Positions 8,802-17,845 of a DNA stretch of 32,965 nt are shown piece after piece (the stretch's first letter is position 1; each line of letters begins with the position of its first letter). Both the position numbers and the translations under genes were made by a program. A model generated the notes under the pieces. That model ran no database searches and was not told the origin of the DNA. It saw only the letters and a program-made list of their open reading frames with translations. This DNA is from Candidatus Heimdallarchaeota archaeon (lineage in GTDB: Archaea; Asgardarchaeota; Heimdallarchaeia; Heimdallarchaeales; Kariarchaeaceae). The stretch lies in NCBI GenBank assembly GCA_015523565.1, contig WAKA01000121.1, positions 1 to 32,965 on the forward strand, read 5' to 3'.

Positions 8802-8910
8802 GGTAATAACGTCATCCATAGGCTTACCTATTTATAATGTTCACAATAACATTGAAAAGTCCTACCATTATCGAAACTTACCTATCCCAATAGAGATTTC
8901 TTTCAAATAA

Positions 8911-9639
8911 CTATGCATGATAGGTTTTCTCAATATAAGACTTCAAACGTTGAGGAATAGACCCATTGTTTTTGTGTTTTTGGTAGCTATTTCTGACTTG
9001 TACCTCGAACCAATCTTGTTGAATTTCCAATTTTTCCTTATCTATTGTTTCATACATCTGTTTCAATGATTTATTGAAACCACATTGCAATTTAATCCCA
9101 TGTTTTTGCGCAATATGTTTTAGAATTGATCTACGGTTCATGTCTTCCTCCACCCCATCTTTAAATTCTTCAAAAAGGTGATCATAAATTTCACCTATTT
9201 GCATTCCCATAAATTCTCTATAGTATGAAACATCAGGAATTATCCATTCGTATCTATTTTCTCTCAGAACCTCATCAAGCATTAAATTGGAAGAAATGTC
9301 CGCAGCCATTGCCCATAAATCAATATCCTTGTTAAATGCCACTTCATTATGCCTTAAAATCAGATGGAGAATCAGGTGCATCAGCATACCCTTAATTTCT
9401 TCAGGTGACATGGATTCAATATAGTCAGGATTGAAATAGACAATTCTTGCATCAATTGCATAGGTCATGACTCTAGAGTCATCAACAGGATACAACTCAA
9501 AAAAGTCCAGAATATATCCAAAAAACGGCATATCCAAATATAATTTCCCTCTAGTTTTTGAAATTATCCTAATCTGCCTTTCTCCCTCTGCCGTTTCGTC
9601 TTTGTCAAACAAAGGTTCCCATTTCAAAAAATTTCTCAT
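8911..9639 (-). CDS. DUF2201 N-terminal (peptidase-like) domain protein lacking vWA; tandem paralog of the neighbour
   Basis: Colinear with the first ~245 aa of the 7506-8801 protein (LYLDMPFFGYIL, YFNPDY, RENRYEWIIPDVS shared); ends just before the vWA region. Confidence 0.85.
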   Translation of the reverse strand: MRNFLKWEPLFDKDETAEGERQIRIISKTRGKLYLDMPFFGYILDFFELYPVDDSRVMTYAIDARIVYFNPDYIESMSPEEIKGMLMHLILHLILRHNEVAFNKDIDLWAMAADISSNLMLDEVLRENRYEWIIPDVSYYREFMGMQIGEIYDHLFEEFKDGVEEDMNRRSILKHIAQKHGIKLQCGFNKSLKQMYETIDKEKLEIQQDWFEVQVRNSYQKHKNNGSIPQRLKSYIEKTYHA

Positions 9640-9691
9640 GAACTGATACCCTACTTTCCCTATAATTTAAACAAATAAAAAAAATATTTGC

Positions 9692-10063
9692 TCACTTTTC
9701 AAATTCATTGTATAACATTTCCAATTCTTTAGTGTTGAATAGTACAACCTTTACGTTATCCACTTCATTGATTCTGTTGACTTGATCTTCAACAGCCACA
9801 GAGTATTGGTTGGTAACAATAATGGCACCATCTAATCCAGCACTCTTTGATTTTCTCACCACTTGATTTATCTTGTTCACTCCAATAGACCGTTTCCATG
9901 GTAAATATACCAAGCCAAGATTGACTTCCCGGTTTTGTTTGCTTTTGATTTTTCCATGGAAATCCGTGATCTTGCCACGTTTGTCAAAGACTTCTGAAGG
10001 GTCATAATTGCCCAATCTTTCCAAAACGCGTATCCATTTGTTTAAACTTGTTTCTGTATCCAT
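9692..10063 (-). CDS. Mrr_cat-like restriction endonuclease-fold protein, probably inactive
   Basis: IGVNKINQV...GLDGAIIVTNQYSVAV resembles the Mrr_cat C-terminal half (VG...V.....ADKGILVTTS.FT..A). The (Q/E)xK motif is replaced by VYLPW. Confidence 0.55.
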   Translation of the reverse strand: MDTETSLNKWIRVLERLGNYDPSEVFDKRGKITDFHGKIKSKQNREVNLGLVYLPWKRSIGVNKINQVVRKSKSAGLDGAIIVTNQYSVAVEDQVNRINEVDNVKVVLFNTKELEMLYNEFEK

Positions 10064-10189
10064 CTACAGATCAGTCAACTGAAATCCCATTTAAGTCTTG
10101 ATCATCTTCATGCCATACTCCTGTATTCTTTGGATTTGAATACTGATCAGAATCTGTAGGTTCTTTTATTCACCATATCTTAATAAACT

Positions 10190-11140
10190 ATGACTGAACA
10201 CAAAAAGGAAATCCATCATTTTGATCCTGAAAATGTCAAGGATTTCTCATCCCTGATGAATGAGTTTTATGAGACAGGGGTTTTTGGAGGGGGAAATCTG
10301 GGAAAGGCAATGGATATCATTCTCAAAGCGAAAAAAGATGGTGCGAAAATTTTCATGTCGATGGCAGGAGCAATGATACCAGGGGGCATGAGAAAAGTTG
10401 TGACAACAGCCATAAGAAGCAAAATGATCGACATGCTTGTCACAACAGGGGCAAATATCACTCATGATTTAATTGAGGCTTTTGGTATCCCCCATCTTAA
10501 ATATGTGAAACATGTGAATGACAAGGAACTAAGGGAAAGGGGTATTGACAGGGTTTATGACGCTTATGTTCAAGAGGATGGATTCCCAAACCTTGAAGAC
10601 AGATTAAAGATATTGATTGACGAGTTTCATAAAGAGAAACAGGTCGATGGTATTTGCCATACTTCTTCCCATGAATTCCTACATTGGCTTGGAGAAAGAA
10701 TTGAGGATCCAAATAGCATTGTCCGTGCCGCTTATGACATGAATATTCCCATATTTGTGCCAGTTATTGCCGATAGTGTACTTGGCTTGCAGATTTGGTT
10801 AAGAAGCCAATTCAAAAAAATAATAATGGATGAAATGAGGGATTTGACGGCAATACAGGATTATTTCCATGAATCCCCAAAATCCATGGCATTGATGCTG
10901 GGTGGTGGGGTACCAAAAAATTATATGCTTCAATCCAGCCTTATGAGCAATAAGGAATATGAATATGGTGTGGCAATAACAATGGATAGGGTGGAGACAG
11001 GGGGACTCTCAGGAGCAACACTCACGGAAGCTGTCAGTTGGGGAAAATTCACATGGGAAGCGCCAAAAGTCACAGTCTATGCAGACGCTACAATTGTTTT
11101 TCCCTTATTGGTAACTGCTTGGCTTGAAAATAGATATTAG
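10190..11140 (+). CDS. dys: Deoxyhypusine synthase
   Basis: VTTGANITHDLIE, GIDRVYD, LGGGVPKN and GGLSGATLTEAVSWGK (catalytic lysine). Confidence 0.93.
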   Translation: MTEHKKEIHHFDPENVKDFSSLMNEFYETGVFGGGNLGKAMDIILKAKKDGAKIFMSMAGAMIPGGMRKVVTTAIRSKMIDMLVTTGANITHDLIEAFGIPHLKYVKHVNDKELRERGIDRVYDAYVQEDGFPNLEDRLKILIDEFHKEKQVDGICHTSSHEFLHWLGERIEDPNSIVRAAYDMNIPIFVPVIADSVLGLQIWLRSQFKKIIMDEMRDLTAIQDYFHESPKSMALMLGGGVPKNYMLQSSLMSNKEYEYGVAITMDRVETGGLSGATLTEAVSWGKFTWEAPKVTVYADATIVFPLLVTAWLENRY

Positions 11141-11165
11141 TTTTTTGTATTTTATTTGTTTTTTC
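11141..11165 (+). terminator. Oligo-T archaeal terminator-like tract after dys
   Basis: ttttttgtattttatttgttttttc immediately after the TAG, between convergent genes. Confidence 0.45.
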
Positions 11166-11189
11166 ACAAATGGAGTACTCAACTTGAAA

Positions 11190-12158
11190 TTAGCTTTTTG
11201 TTTCTGCCAGTCCTATCTTGACAAAAAGATACGGAACTATCACTGTGGCAGAAATTATGAATGACATATATCTAATATATCTCAAAATAAAACCAAGTAA
11301 GCTTTCATCAGCCGCAATAAATCCAAATAGTATATCCAATCCAAACAGTACGATAAATGAAACAGTCAATCCCAAAATGTATCTGGCAATGCCATTGCCA
11401 AATGACTTGCTTCTAGCATCAAAATCAATGTAATGCTCTTCCAGCTTTATCCCCAATACCAATCCAAAGAATAAGCCAGAAAAGGTCGTTAAGTCTTGGG
11501 CACCCTGACCCCATTGGTCAAAATATCCAACGAGAAGACTAAGTGCAAGAGTTACCGCAAACAAGCTAATGATGATATTGTTTGACGTCTCCTTATAGTG
11601 CTCAGGAAGTTTGTCTTCAACATATTTCATGAAAACATAGGTCACACCAATTCCAAGCAACCAGCCCAAGATGACATCTTCCAGATAATGTACACCAAGG
11701 TATACCCTGCTAAAGCCAATCAAAACAATCAAGGAATAATATATGATTTTAGTCCATTTTGCGGAAAGTCGTTGATCCAAATATGAATAAAATGTACCCG
11801 CGGATTGTGCATGTCCTGAAGGAGTACTGTAGGATTGTGCAGTTTCCTCTATTGCAGATTGACTCGACAATCCCCATTTGTCTTTATATGTGCCATCTTC
11901 CACAAATGGTCGCGGATTTCTTATCGTCTCCTTAAGCCCTAAATTGATAAGGGCAGAAATAACCATGAGAACTGCCACACGAAATGCAAAGGATTTCTTG
12001 TATGTCCAAAACAAAAGCAGTACCAAAAGGAAATATCCTGTGGAACTTCCCATGAATGTCAAAAACCTGAAAAAAATGGTAAATGGTGTAGAATAGGTAT
12101 TTGACCTAAAATCCACAAAAAATTCAACAATCCCCTCATTAAATGGTAACGTTGCCAT
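11190..12158 (-). CDS. PAP2 family membrane phosphatase
   Basis: KETIRNPRP, PSGH and SRVYLGVHYLEDV motifs, with additional C-terminal TM helices. Confidence 0.92.
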   Translation of the reverse strand: MATLPFNEGIVEFFVDFRSNTYSTPFTIFFRFLTFMGSSTGYFLLVLLLFWTYKKSFAFRVAVLMVISALINLGLKETIRNPRPFVEDGTYKDKWGLSSQSAIEETAQSYSTPSGHAQSAGTFYSYLDQRLSAKWTKIIYYSLIVLIGFSRVYLGVHYLEDVILGWLLGIGVTYVFMKYVEDKLPEHYKETSNNIIISLFAVTLALSLLVGYFDQWGQGAQDLTTFSGLFFGLVLGIKLEEHYIDFDARSKSFGNGIARYILGLTVSFIVLFGLDILFGFIAADESLLGFILRYIRYMSFIISATVIVPYLFVKIGLAETKS

Positions 12159-12197
12159 GTGATAACATGCGAAGTGATATTGAAATATTTTTTTTGA

Positions 12198-13286
12198 TTA
12201 CTGAAGAAAATCTACCAAGGAAAGTTGCTTCTGTTCCTTTTTTTTCAAATTTGAGAATCCAATGCCAATTAAACGTATCCCTAAAATTGATGAAAAATGA
12301 GTCTCCAAGAGTTCCTTGGTTATATTATACAGTTTTTCCCGGTCATGGGAAGGGAATGGCAACGATCTGGAACGGGTAATTGTTTTATAATTTGAAAATC
12401 TAACTTTTACGATTACTGTCCTTGTCTCCAGCTTTTCCCTAATCAAGACCTCATATGTTCTTTCAAAAAGGCTATCCATTATCTTTTTGTATCTGGATTT
12501 CTCTCCTGGCTGTCCATGGAATGTTCTTTCATGGCTTATAGATTTCCTCGGCGCCCTTTCCTTGATCTTGTTTGTAGTTTCACCCCTGAATAACCGAAAG
12601 ATATGGTCTGCCATTGAACCAAAAATTTCCTTCAGTTCAAGTAGTGACAAGAAAATCAATTGATCACATGTTTCTATTCCCATATCTTTCAAGCGGGTTG
12701 ATGTGACATTCCCTATTCCAGGAATTGATGAAACAGGCAATCCTCTAAAGAAATCAGGTAAATCCTCTGGCTTGACAATGACAATTCCTTTAGGCTTGTC
12801 ATAATCTGATGCGATCTTTGCTATTTTCAATGTGGGACCAATTCCTATTGAACAAGTCAGCTTTTCCCTTTCAAAAATGTCCTCTTGTATTTTCCACGCA
12901 AGCTCTCTTGCATCCTCCCATGTTTCCGCTATTTCTGTCACATCCATATATGCTTCATCAATGCTGGCAATTTTTATTGGTACACCATAACCCTTTAGAT
13001 ATTCCATAATTCTCCATGAGGTTTCAGAATATTCTTTCCGGGATGGCGGCACAATTATGGCATTGGGACATTTATGCAATGCTTCAAACATTGACATGCC
13101 TGATTTGACTCCAAATTGTCTTGCCTCATAGGTACAAGTGAGCACAACCCCCTTTTTTGTTTTCCTTGCTTCTGGGTTGCCCACTATGACAGGTTCACCA
13201 CGAAGGGTTGGATTTTTTCTAAGCTCCACTGCTGCAAAGAACATATCCAAATCCACATGCATGATGATCCTGTTCTCAACAACCAT
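12198..13286 (-). CDS. dinB: Y-family DNA polymerase IV (DinB/Dbh)
   Basis: HVDLDMFFAAVE, YEARQFGVKSGM, SIDEAYMD, KIASDYDKPKG, little-finger RLIGI, and C-terminal PIP box QLSLVDFL. Confidence 0.95.
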   Translation of the reverse strand: MVVENRIIMHVDLDMFFAAVELRKNPTLRGEPVIVGNPEARKTKKGVVLTCTYEARQFGVKSGMSMFEALHKCPNAIIVPPSRKEYSETSWRIMEYLKGYGVPIKIASIDEAYMDVTEIAETWEDARELAWKIQEDIFEREKLTCSIGIGPTLKIAKIASDYDKPKGIVIVKPEDLPDFFRGLPVSSIPGIGNVTSTRLKDMGIETCDQLIFLSLLELKEIFGSMADHIFRLFRGETTNKIKERAPRKSISHERTFHGQPGEKSRYKKIMDSLFERTYEVLIREKLETRTVIVKVRFSNYKTITRSRSLPFPSHDREKLYNITKELLETHFSSILGIRLIGIGFSNLKKKEQKQLSLVDFLQ

Positions 13287-13354
13287 CTAATATCATTTGT
13301 ATTGCACTTATATTATTCATTCTTCTTGTGATCAAACTATTTTGACTTTTGATA

Positions 13355-15031
13355 TCAAACTCTGCAAATTTTGTCTTGAACGCGATTGAATGAAATGTAT
13401 GGAATTACAACCTTTTCTTCATTGGCAAGTTTCTCAAATTTTGGAAGAAGCCATGTGCCTTCATCAAGTTTATGTATCTCCATTCGTTCTTCACAAATCC
13501 CATCGAATGAATATTCTTTTCCATTAATGGCTTTGATTATTTCTTTTGAATAGCTTTCAAAATCATTCAAATATCTTTTATCTGGTATTGATTCATTTAT
13601 CACATTCATCGTATCTTCAAGTATCGTTTCAATTTGCTCGTTTGTCAATAAATCGGTATAATACCCCAATAAAGATGACAAAATCACATTTTCGACAAAA
13701 GCTTGATAATTGATTTCCAATTCATCCCTGAAGATCCAAAGTTTCTGAAAATAAGATTTTAGGTTTTCAGTAAGATTGAATTCAAGGTCCATAAAGATAC
13801 GGATTAAATAATACTTCTGAAACAATATTGGATATTCTTGAGGGAATAAGATATCAAATAAGTCTTGAATTGCCTTTATCCGTTCTTGGAACACAAAATA
13901 TGATTTTAGCTCCAAAGCTTCCAAAGCAAACAATGCCAAGAACTCTTCCAAATATGACAGATATGACTGCCCTATCTCCAATCTCAAAAATTCTGCATTA
14001 ATCTCAAGCCCTGACCGTATAGACTCAAGAATGCCATATAAGTCTGAAACAAAATCAGAATAGGATTTGCCATTTGCTTGATTTTCCAATAACTCATAAT
14101 AATTTTTCCTTAGGCTTGTAATGTTCATGACCAACTCCAAATCAAAAAGCAATTCAATATCTGTAGACTTTAATGAAACATCTTTGAGTATTTCAGTATC
14201 TATTTTTCCTTTGGTGGCATTGTATCTTTTTAGTGTGTATTCCAAATAATCGTTGTAATTCCTGACTTCAAGATATTTAAATAAATGATGGTCATATAAG
14301 TTTTTAACCTTTGCAGTCTCCAAAAAATACAAAAGGGAACCTAATTGATCATAACTGAATAAGGTAACTATCTCATTTTCAATTAAAACCTTTATGCTTT
14401 TGGATTTTTTATAAATCAATATCAATTCATCCCAATCCATGTTGTCAATTATCTGGAACATTTTGTAATATGTGTCAAAAATAATTTCCAGCCATTCCAT
14501 TAAGGAATTTTCCTCTATGATTTGAAGGTTGGATATGGTTATTTCATAAATTCCGGCTGTATTCACTAAATAATTGATAACGATTGCTGATACTTTCCTG
14601 AAATCCTTATGGCTTGGATCGGGTATTTTCGGTAAATTATCAACAATTATTGTTTTCATTAGAATATCTGCCAATAACTGCGCCGTGGAAGAAATTTTTT
14701 TCCTTTCATCATAAAAATATATTGAGGCCTTGACTTGATTGACAAATTGAATCATACCTACAATTTCCAACCAATGTAATCCCCCGTAATCCAAATATTT
14801 AAGCAAAGTATCCAGTTTTGATTGAAATCTGTTGAATATTTCTATTTTTTCAGCTACATCCATTTCCCATTCAGTACTCAAATCATTCAATGCTTTGGAA
14901 ATATTTGCAATTTTATTTGATATCAGAATATTTTGAGCTACATTATCTGATGAATGACGTTTAGATTTGACGATATCCAGTAAAACACTTGTATTCTCCA
15001 ATAATGCCTTAGAATGACTGCTTTCAACCAT
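13355..15031 (-). CDS. Large hypothetical protein, probably all-helical
   Basis: 558 aa open frame rich in L/E/I/Y; no catalytic motif recognised. Confidence 0.75.
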   Translation of the reverse strand: MVESSHSKALLENTSVLLDIVKSKRHSSDNVAQNILISNKIANISKALNDLSTEWEMDVAEKIEIFNRFQSKLDTLLKYLDYGGLHWLEIVGMIQFVNQVKASIYFYDERKKISSTAQLLADILMKTIIVDNLPKIPDPSHKDFRKVSAIVINYLVNTAGIYEITISNLQIIEENSLMEWLEIIFDTYYKMFQIIDNMDWDELILIYKKSKSIKVLIENEIVTLFSYDQLGSLLYFLETAKVKNLYDHHLFKYLEVRNYNDYLEYTLKRYNATKGKIDTEILKDVSLKSTDIELLFDLELVMNITSLRKNYYELLENQANGKSYSDFVSDLYGILESIRSGLEINAEFLRLEIGQSYLSYLEEFLALFALEALELKSYFVFQERIKAIQDLFDILFPQEYPILFQKYYLIRIFMDLEFNLTENLKSYFQKLWIFRDELEINYQAFVENVILSSLLGYYTDLLTNEQIETILEDTMNVINESIPDKRYLNDFESYSKEIIKAINGKEYSFDGICEERMEIHKLDEGTWLLPKFEKLANEEKVVIPYISFNRVQDKICRV

Positions 15032-15166
15032 TTTTATAGATGGGCTTCTAATTCCAGTTATTTTTTGTTTTTTGTTGAAGAAAACAAAAGTGCACCATTT
15101 TCATTTATCAAAGGAATTTCCGATTTTGGAAAGGTATAAAAAGAAAATCTCGATAATAATAAAGAA

Positions 15167-16000
15167 TTGACAGGTCCAACCTTTCTGCAAGAGTTTTCCC
15201 TTAAACAATTTGCAAATAAAAATGTAATAACCATTTCTCCCGAAAGCACTGTTCACGATGCCATTGTTTTGATCAATGATTTCAACATTAATTGTCTTCC
15301 AATATTGGATGGATCAGCAATTGACGGAATTGTCGATTCAATATCAATTCTTGCCGAATTCAGTAAAAATCCCTATGTTGCAACCCTTTATACAAAAATC
15401 AAGGACATACCCTTCAAGAAAGTTCCCTCTTTTGATGAAAATGATGATATACTCAAGGTTCTCAATTACTTGATTGATACAAATTTAGATGCACTTATTG
15501 TCTCTGAAAACATACTTTTAGTATCTATAAACCCCCGTGACATTCTTGAAAAGGATTTTCTCTGGACCACGTTGGATGAACGGATTTACTCACCCAATTC
15601 GCAGGGCAATCTCTTGATCACAGATCATGAACATACCATTTCTGAAGATACCTCTTTGCTTAATCTTATGATGCGAATCAGTAAACAAAACTTGAATTTC
15701 CTTGTATTGATTGAGCCGGATACAAAGTTATGGAAAGGAATATTGTCCCCAAGGGAAATTATCCAAGAAATTGTAAGAATGACTGCTTGGTCTGAAACCA
15801 CCGAGGATTTCCTATATCGTAAAGCCCTATTCACCCTCCCCCACCATCCAAATCTCTATTTTTCAAATATGCCTAAAATAAAAAGAATTAGGCAGACAAT
15901 GGTCATCAATGAACTTTCACTGATGCCGCTTGTAAACAATGATGGAGAATTGGTTGACGTGGTACATGAAATAGACCTCCTTAGAAAATTAACAGAATAA
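15167..16000 (+). CDS. CBS-domain-only protein (probably two Bateman pairs, divergent)
   Basis: VITISPESTVHDAI...INCLPILD...GIV, GILSPREII and MPLVNNDGELVDVVHEIDLL. TTG start (in-frame TAA at 15137-15139 precludes a longer ORF). Confidence 0.8.
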   Translation: MTGPTFLQEFSLKQFANKNVITISPESTVHDAIVLINDFNINCLPILDGSAIDGIVDSISILAEFSKNPYVATLYTKIKDIPFKKVPSFDENDDILKVLNYLIDTNLDALIVSENILLVSINPRDILEKDFLWTTLDERIYSPNSQGNLLITDHEHTISEDTSLLNLMMRISKQNLNFLVLIEPDTKLWKGILSPREIIQEIVRMTAWSETTEDFLYRKALFTLPHHPNLYFSNMPKIKRIRQTMVINELSLMPLVNNDGELVDVVHEIDLLRKLTE

Positions 16001-16175
16001 CTTGAAAAAAGTAAAGGATGTTTAATAGGGAAAAAAAAATCAGAAAACTGTTCTGCTGAAAAAATGACATGTGTTTTATCCTTTTAGTATTCAAGAATTC
16101 TTCAAGTCACCAATCTTAAAATTTAAAAGGTACGTGAAAAAGTGATATTGAAATTATTAATGGGAGAATTTCTTC

Positions 16176-16667
16176 ATGGCAACTACAAAATCTCCTGTAT
16201 CTGTTGAAAGGAACAAAACTTTAGCAAATATCTGCAGCTTCTTTGTTATCACTGTAGATGATTTTGGTCCAAAATTCTTACATGCCGATTTTAATGACGA
16301 GTTTAAAAAAAATTTTGAGGATGCAGAAGATTTTGAATCCTTTTTGATGAATTTGGCAATTTCCTACAGTGCAACATTTGGCGCCGGTAACAGTCAAATA
16401 AATGGTTTTGGGATTTTACCAATCCCGAAATTCCAAAATTGGAAGAGCATTGTCTATTCATTGAGCTTCCATACAAAATCATATTTCTTTATCTGGTTTT
16501 GTAAGAAGGAAAATTGCAATCGACTATTTGCCTTGATAAATGACAATGAAGAAAGACTGAAAGAGCAGATTCAAACCCTAATGGATTTCAAAAACAATCA
16601 CGCAATGAACAGGTTAAAGTCATTGCCTTCTTTGTTAAATGGAAAAGGGAAATTATTGAAAAGCTAA
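16176..16667 (+). CDS. Hypothetical protein, uDENN/longin-like
   Basis: SFFVITVDDFGPKFLH resembles the N-terminal beta-strand + GP motif of NPRL2/FLCN/uDENN longins; followed by a helix, G.G....FG.LP.P, two aromatic strands and a helix. Confidence 0.55.
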   Translation: MATTKSPVSVERNKTLANICSFFVITVDDFGPKFLHADFNDEFKKNFEDAEDFESFLMNLAISYSATFGAGNSQINGFGILPIPKFQNWKSIVYSLSFHTKSYFFIWFCKKENCNRLFALINDNEERLKEQIQTLMDFKNNHAMNRLKSLPSLLNGKGKLLKS

Positions 16668-16669
16668 TA

Positions 16670-17845
16670 ATGTATCCTTTTTTCCCAAATATATTGAAGA
16701 AAGACACATCTTATTTGAAATCTCTTTCTCCATTTGAAACAATTTGGTATCATGTACCTGAACTTCAAAATTGGAGCTCTTCTTCTTGGTGGTTTTTCCT
16801 TCTTTTCCCCAAACAGAAAGAAGGATATGGTCCAAAACAAATGATGTTTACCTTTGCCTCAAGAGTTGGCAAAGAAATACGAGTAAGTACATCGCCTTCG
16901 AGGGCACTGAATAATTGGCAACCAGGCATCCCACTTCCAAGATCTGTTAAAAATGGCACTGATGAATTTTGGACCACAGTTGTGGGATGGATCAACGACG
17001 GACATCAGGTACATGAGGAAATTGTTCATCAGCCTGCACGGGCAGTCCTTAAGAATTCTGGGTCATTGAAGGCTTGGGCAAAAAATGGATTTGGTGGTGA
17101 AATCAAGATCAATCCTGAACTGACTTATGGAATTGACGCCCATTTCAAGGGCAAAAAAGGAGAGGCAAAATTTACTGTCTGGAAAGTTGACAATGAACCC
17201 ATGACAGAACCCCATGTATCAGATATCAGGACAAAGTTTGGTGGAACACACTTGGTGGCTTGGAGAAAATTTAATTTCAAAGGAACATTTGCCTCACCCA
17301 GCGGAACTGAGGAACTTGAAGGCATTGGATACTTCCAGAGAGTATGTATGAATATTCCTATGTTCCCTTGGAAATGGATTTTTACCTATTTTGAAGATGG
17401 TTCCATTTTTTCCTTGTTTGGTCCTTATCTTGGCTTGCAAATGTTCAGAAGGGGAAATAAATGGCTTCCGCCATTCCTTGAAAGAGTGACTTCGTCATTT
17501 GCAATTCCAGGATACTTCTATGATGCAAAAACCCAAAAGATTACAAGTTTTCCCAAATCAAGAATTCAAGCATTTGTCGACCGTGGAAAATATCCCATAT
17601 TCACAGTAAAGGCATGGAACAATGAAGGGGATAATATTTCTTTCATTGCAAATGCTTATGGACATGCCCAATTTTTGTTGGACAGAAGAATCCTCAAACG
17701 GATGTGGATTTCAAGATTGAATTACAACGAATTCATGTATAAAGTAGAAAAACTTTCAGGGAAAATAGGTGGGAGAGTAATTTCAAAACAAACGGTGGGA
17801 CAAGGGTGGGGTAATCATGAATACACATGGGGATTCTCCCTTTAA
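16670..17845 (+). CDS. Tocopherol-cyclase/AttH-like beta-rich protein
   Basis: SWWFF near the N-terminus, LEGIGYFQRV...FPWKWIFTYFEDG and terminal GWGNHEYTWG; Trp/Gly-rich, as in tocopherol cyclase/CrtC/AttH-fold proteins. Confidence 0.5.
   Translation: MYPFFPNILKKDTSYLKSLSPFETIWYHVPELQNWSSSSWWFFLLFPKQKEGYGPKQMMFTFASRVGKEIRVSTSPSRALNNWQPGIPLPRSVKNGTDEFWTTVVGWINDGHQVHEEIVHQPARAVLKNSGSLKAWAKNGFGGEIKINPELTYGIDAHFKGKKGEAKFTVWKVDNEPMTEPHVSDIRTKFGGTHLVAWRKFNFKGTFASPSGTEELEGIGYFQRVCMNIPMFPWKWIFTYFEDGSIFSLFGPYLGLQMFRRGNKWLPPFLERVTSSFAIPGYFYDAKTQKITSFPKSRIQAFVDRGKYPIFTVKAWNNEGDNISFIANAYGHAQFLLDRRILKRMWISRLNYNEFMYKVEKLSGKIGGRVISKQTVGQGWGNHEYTWGFSL

Noticed and set aside
15063-15089. Inverted repeat ttttgtttt-N9-aaaacaaaa
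   Set aside because: Low complexity in an AT-rich spacer; likely chance.
15058-15249. 63 aa minus-strand ORF upstream of the 558 aa gene
   Set aside because: Overlaps the CBS gene start and the divergent promoter region; no motif.
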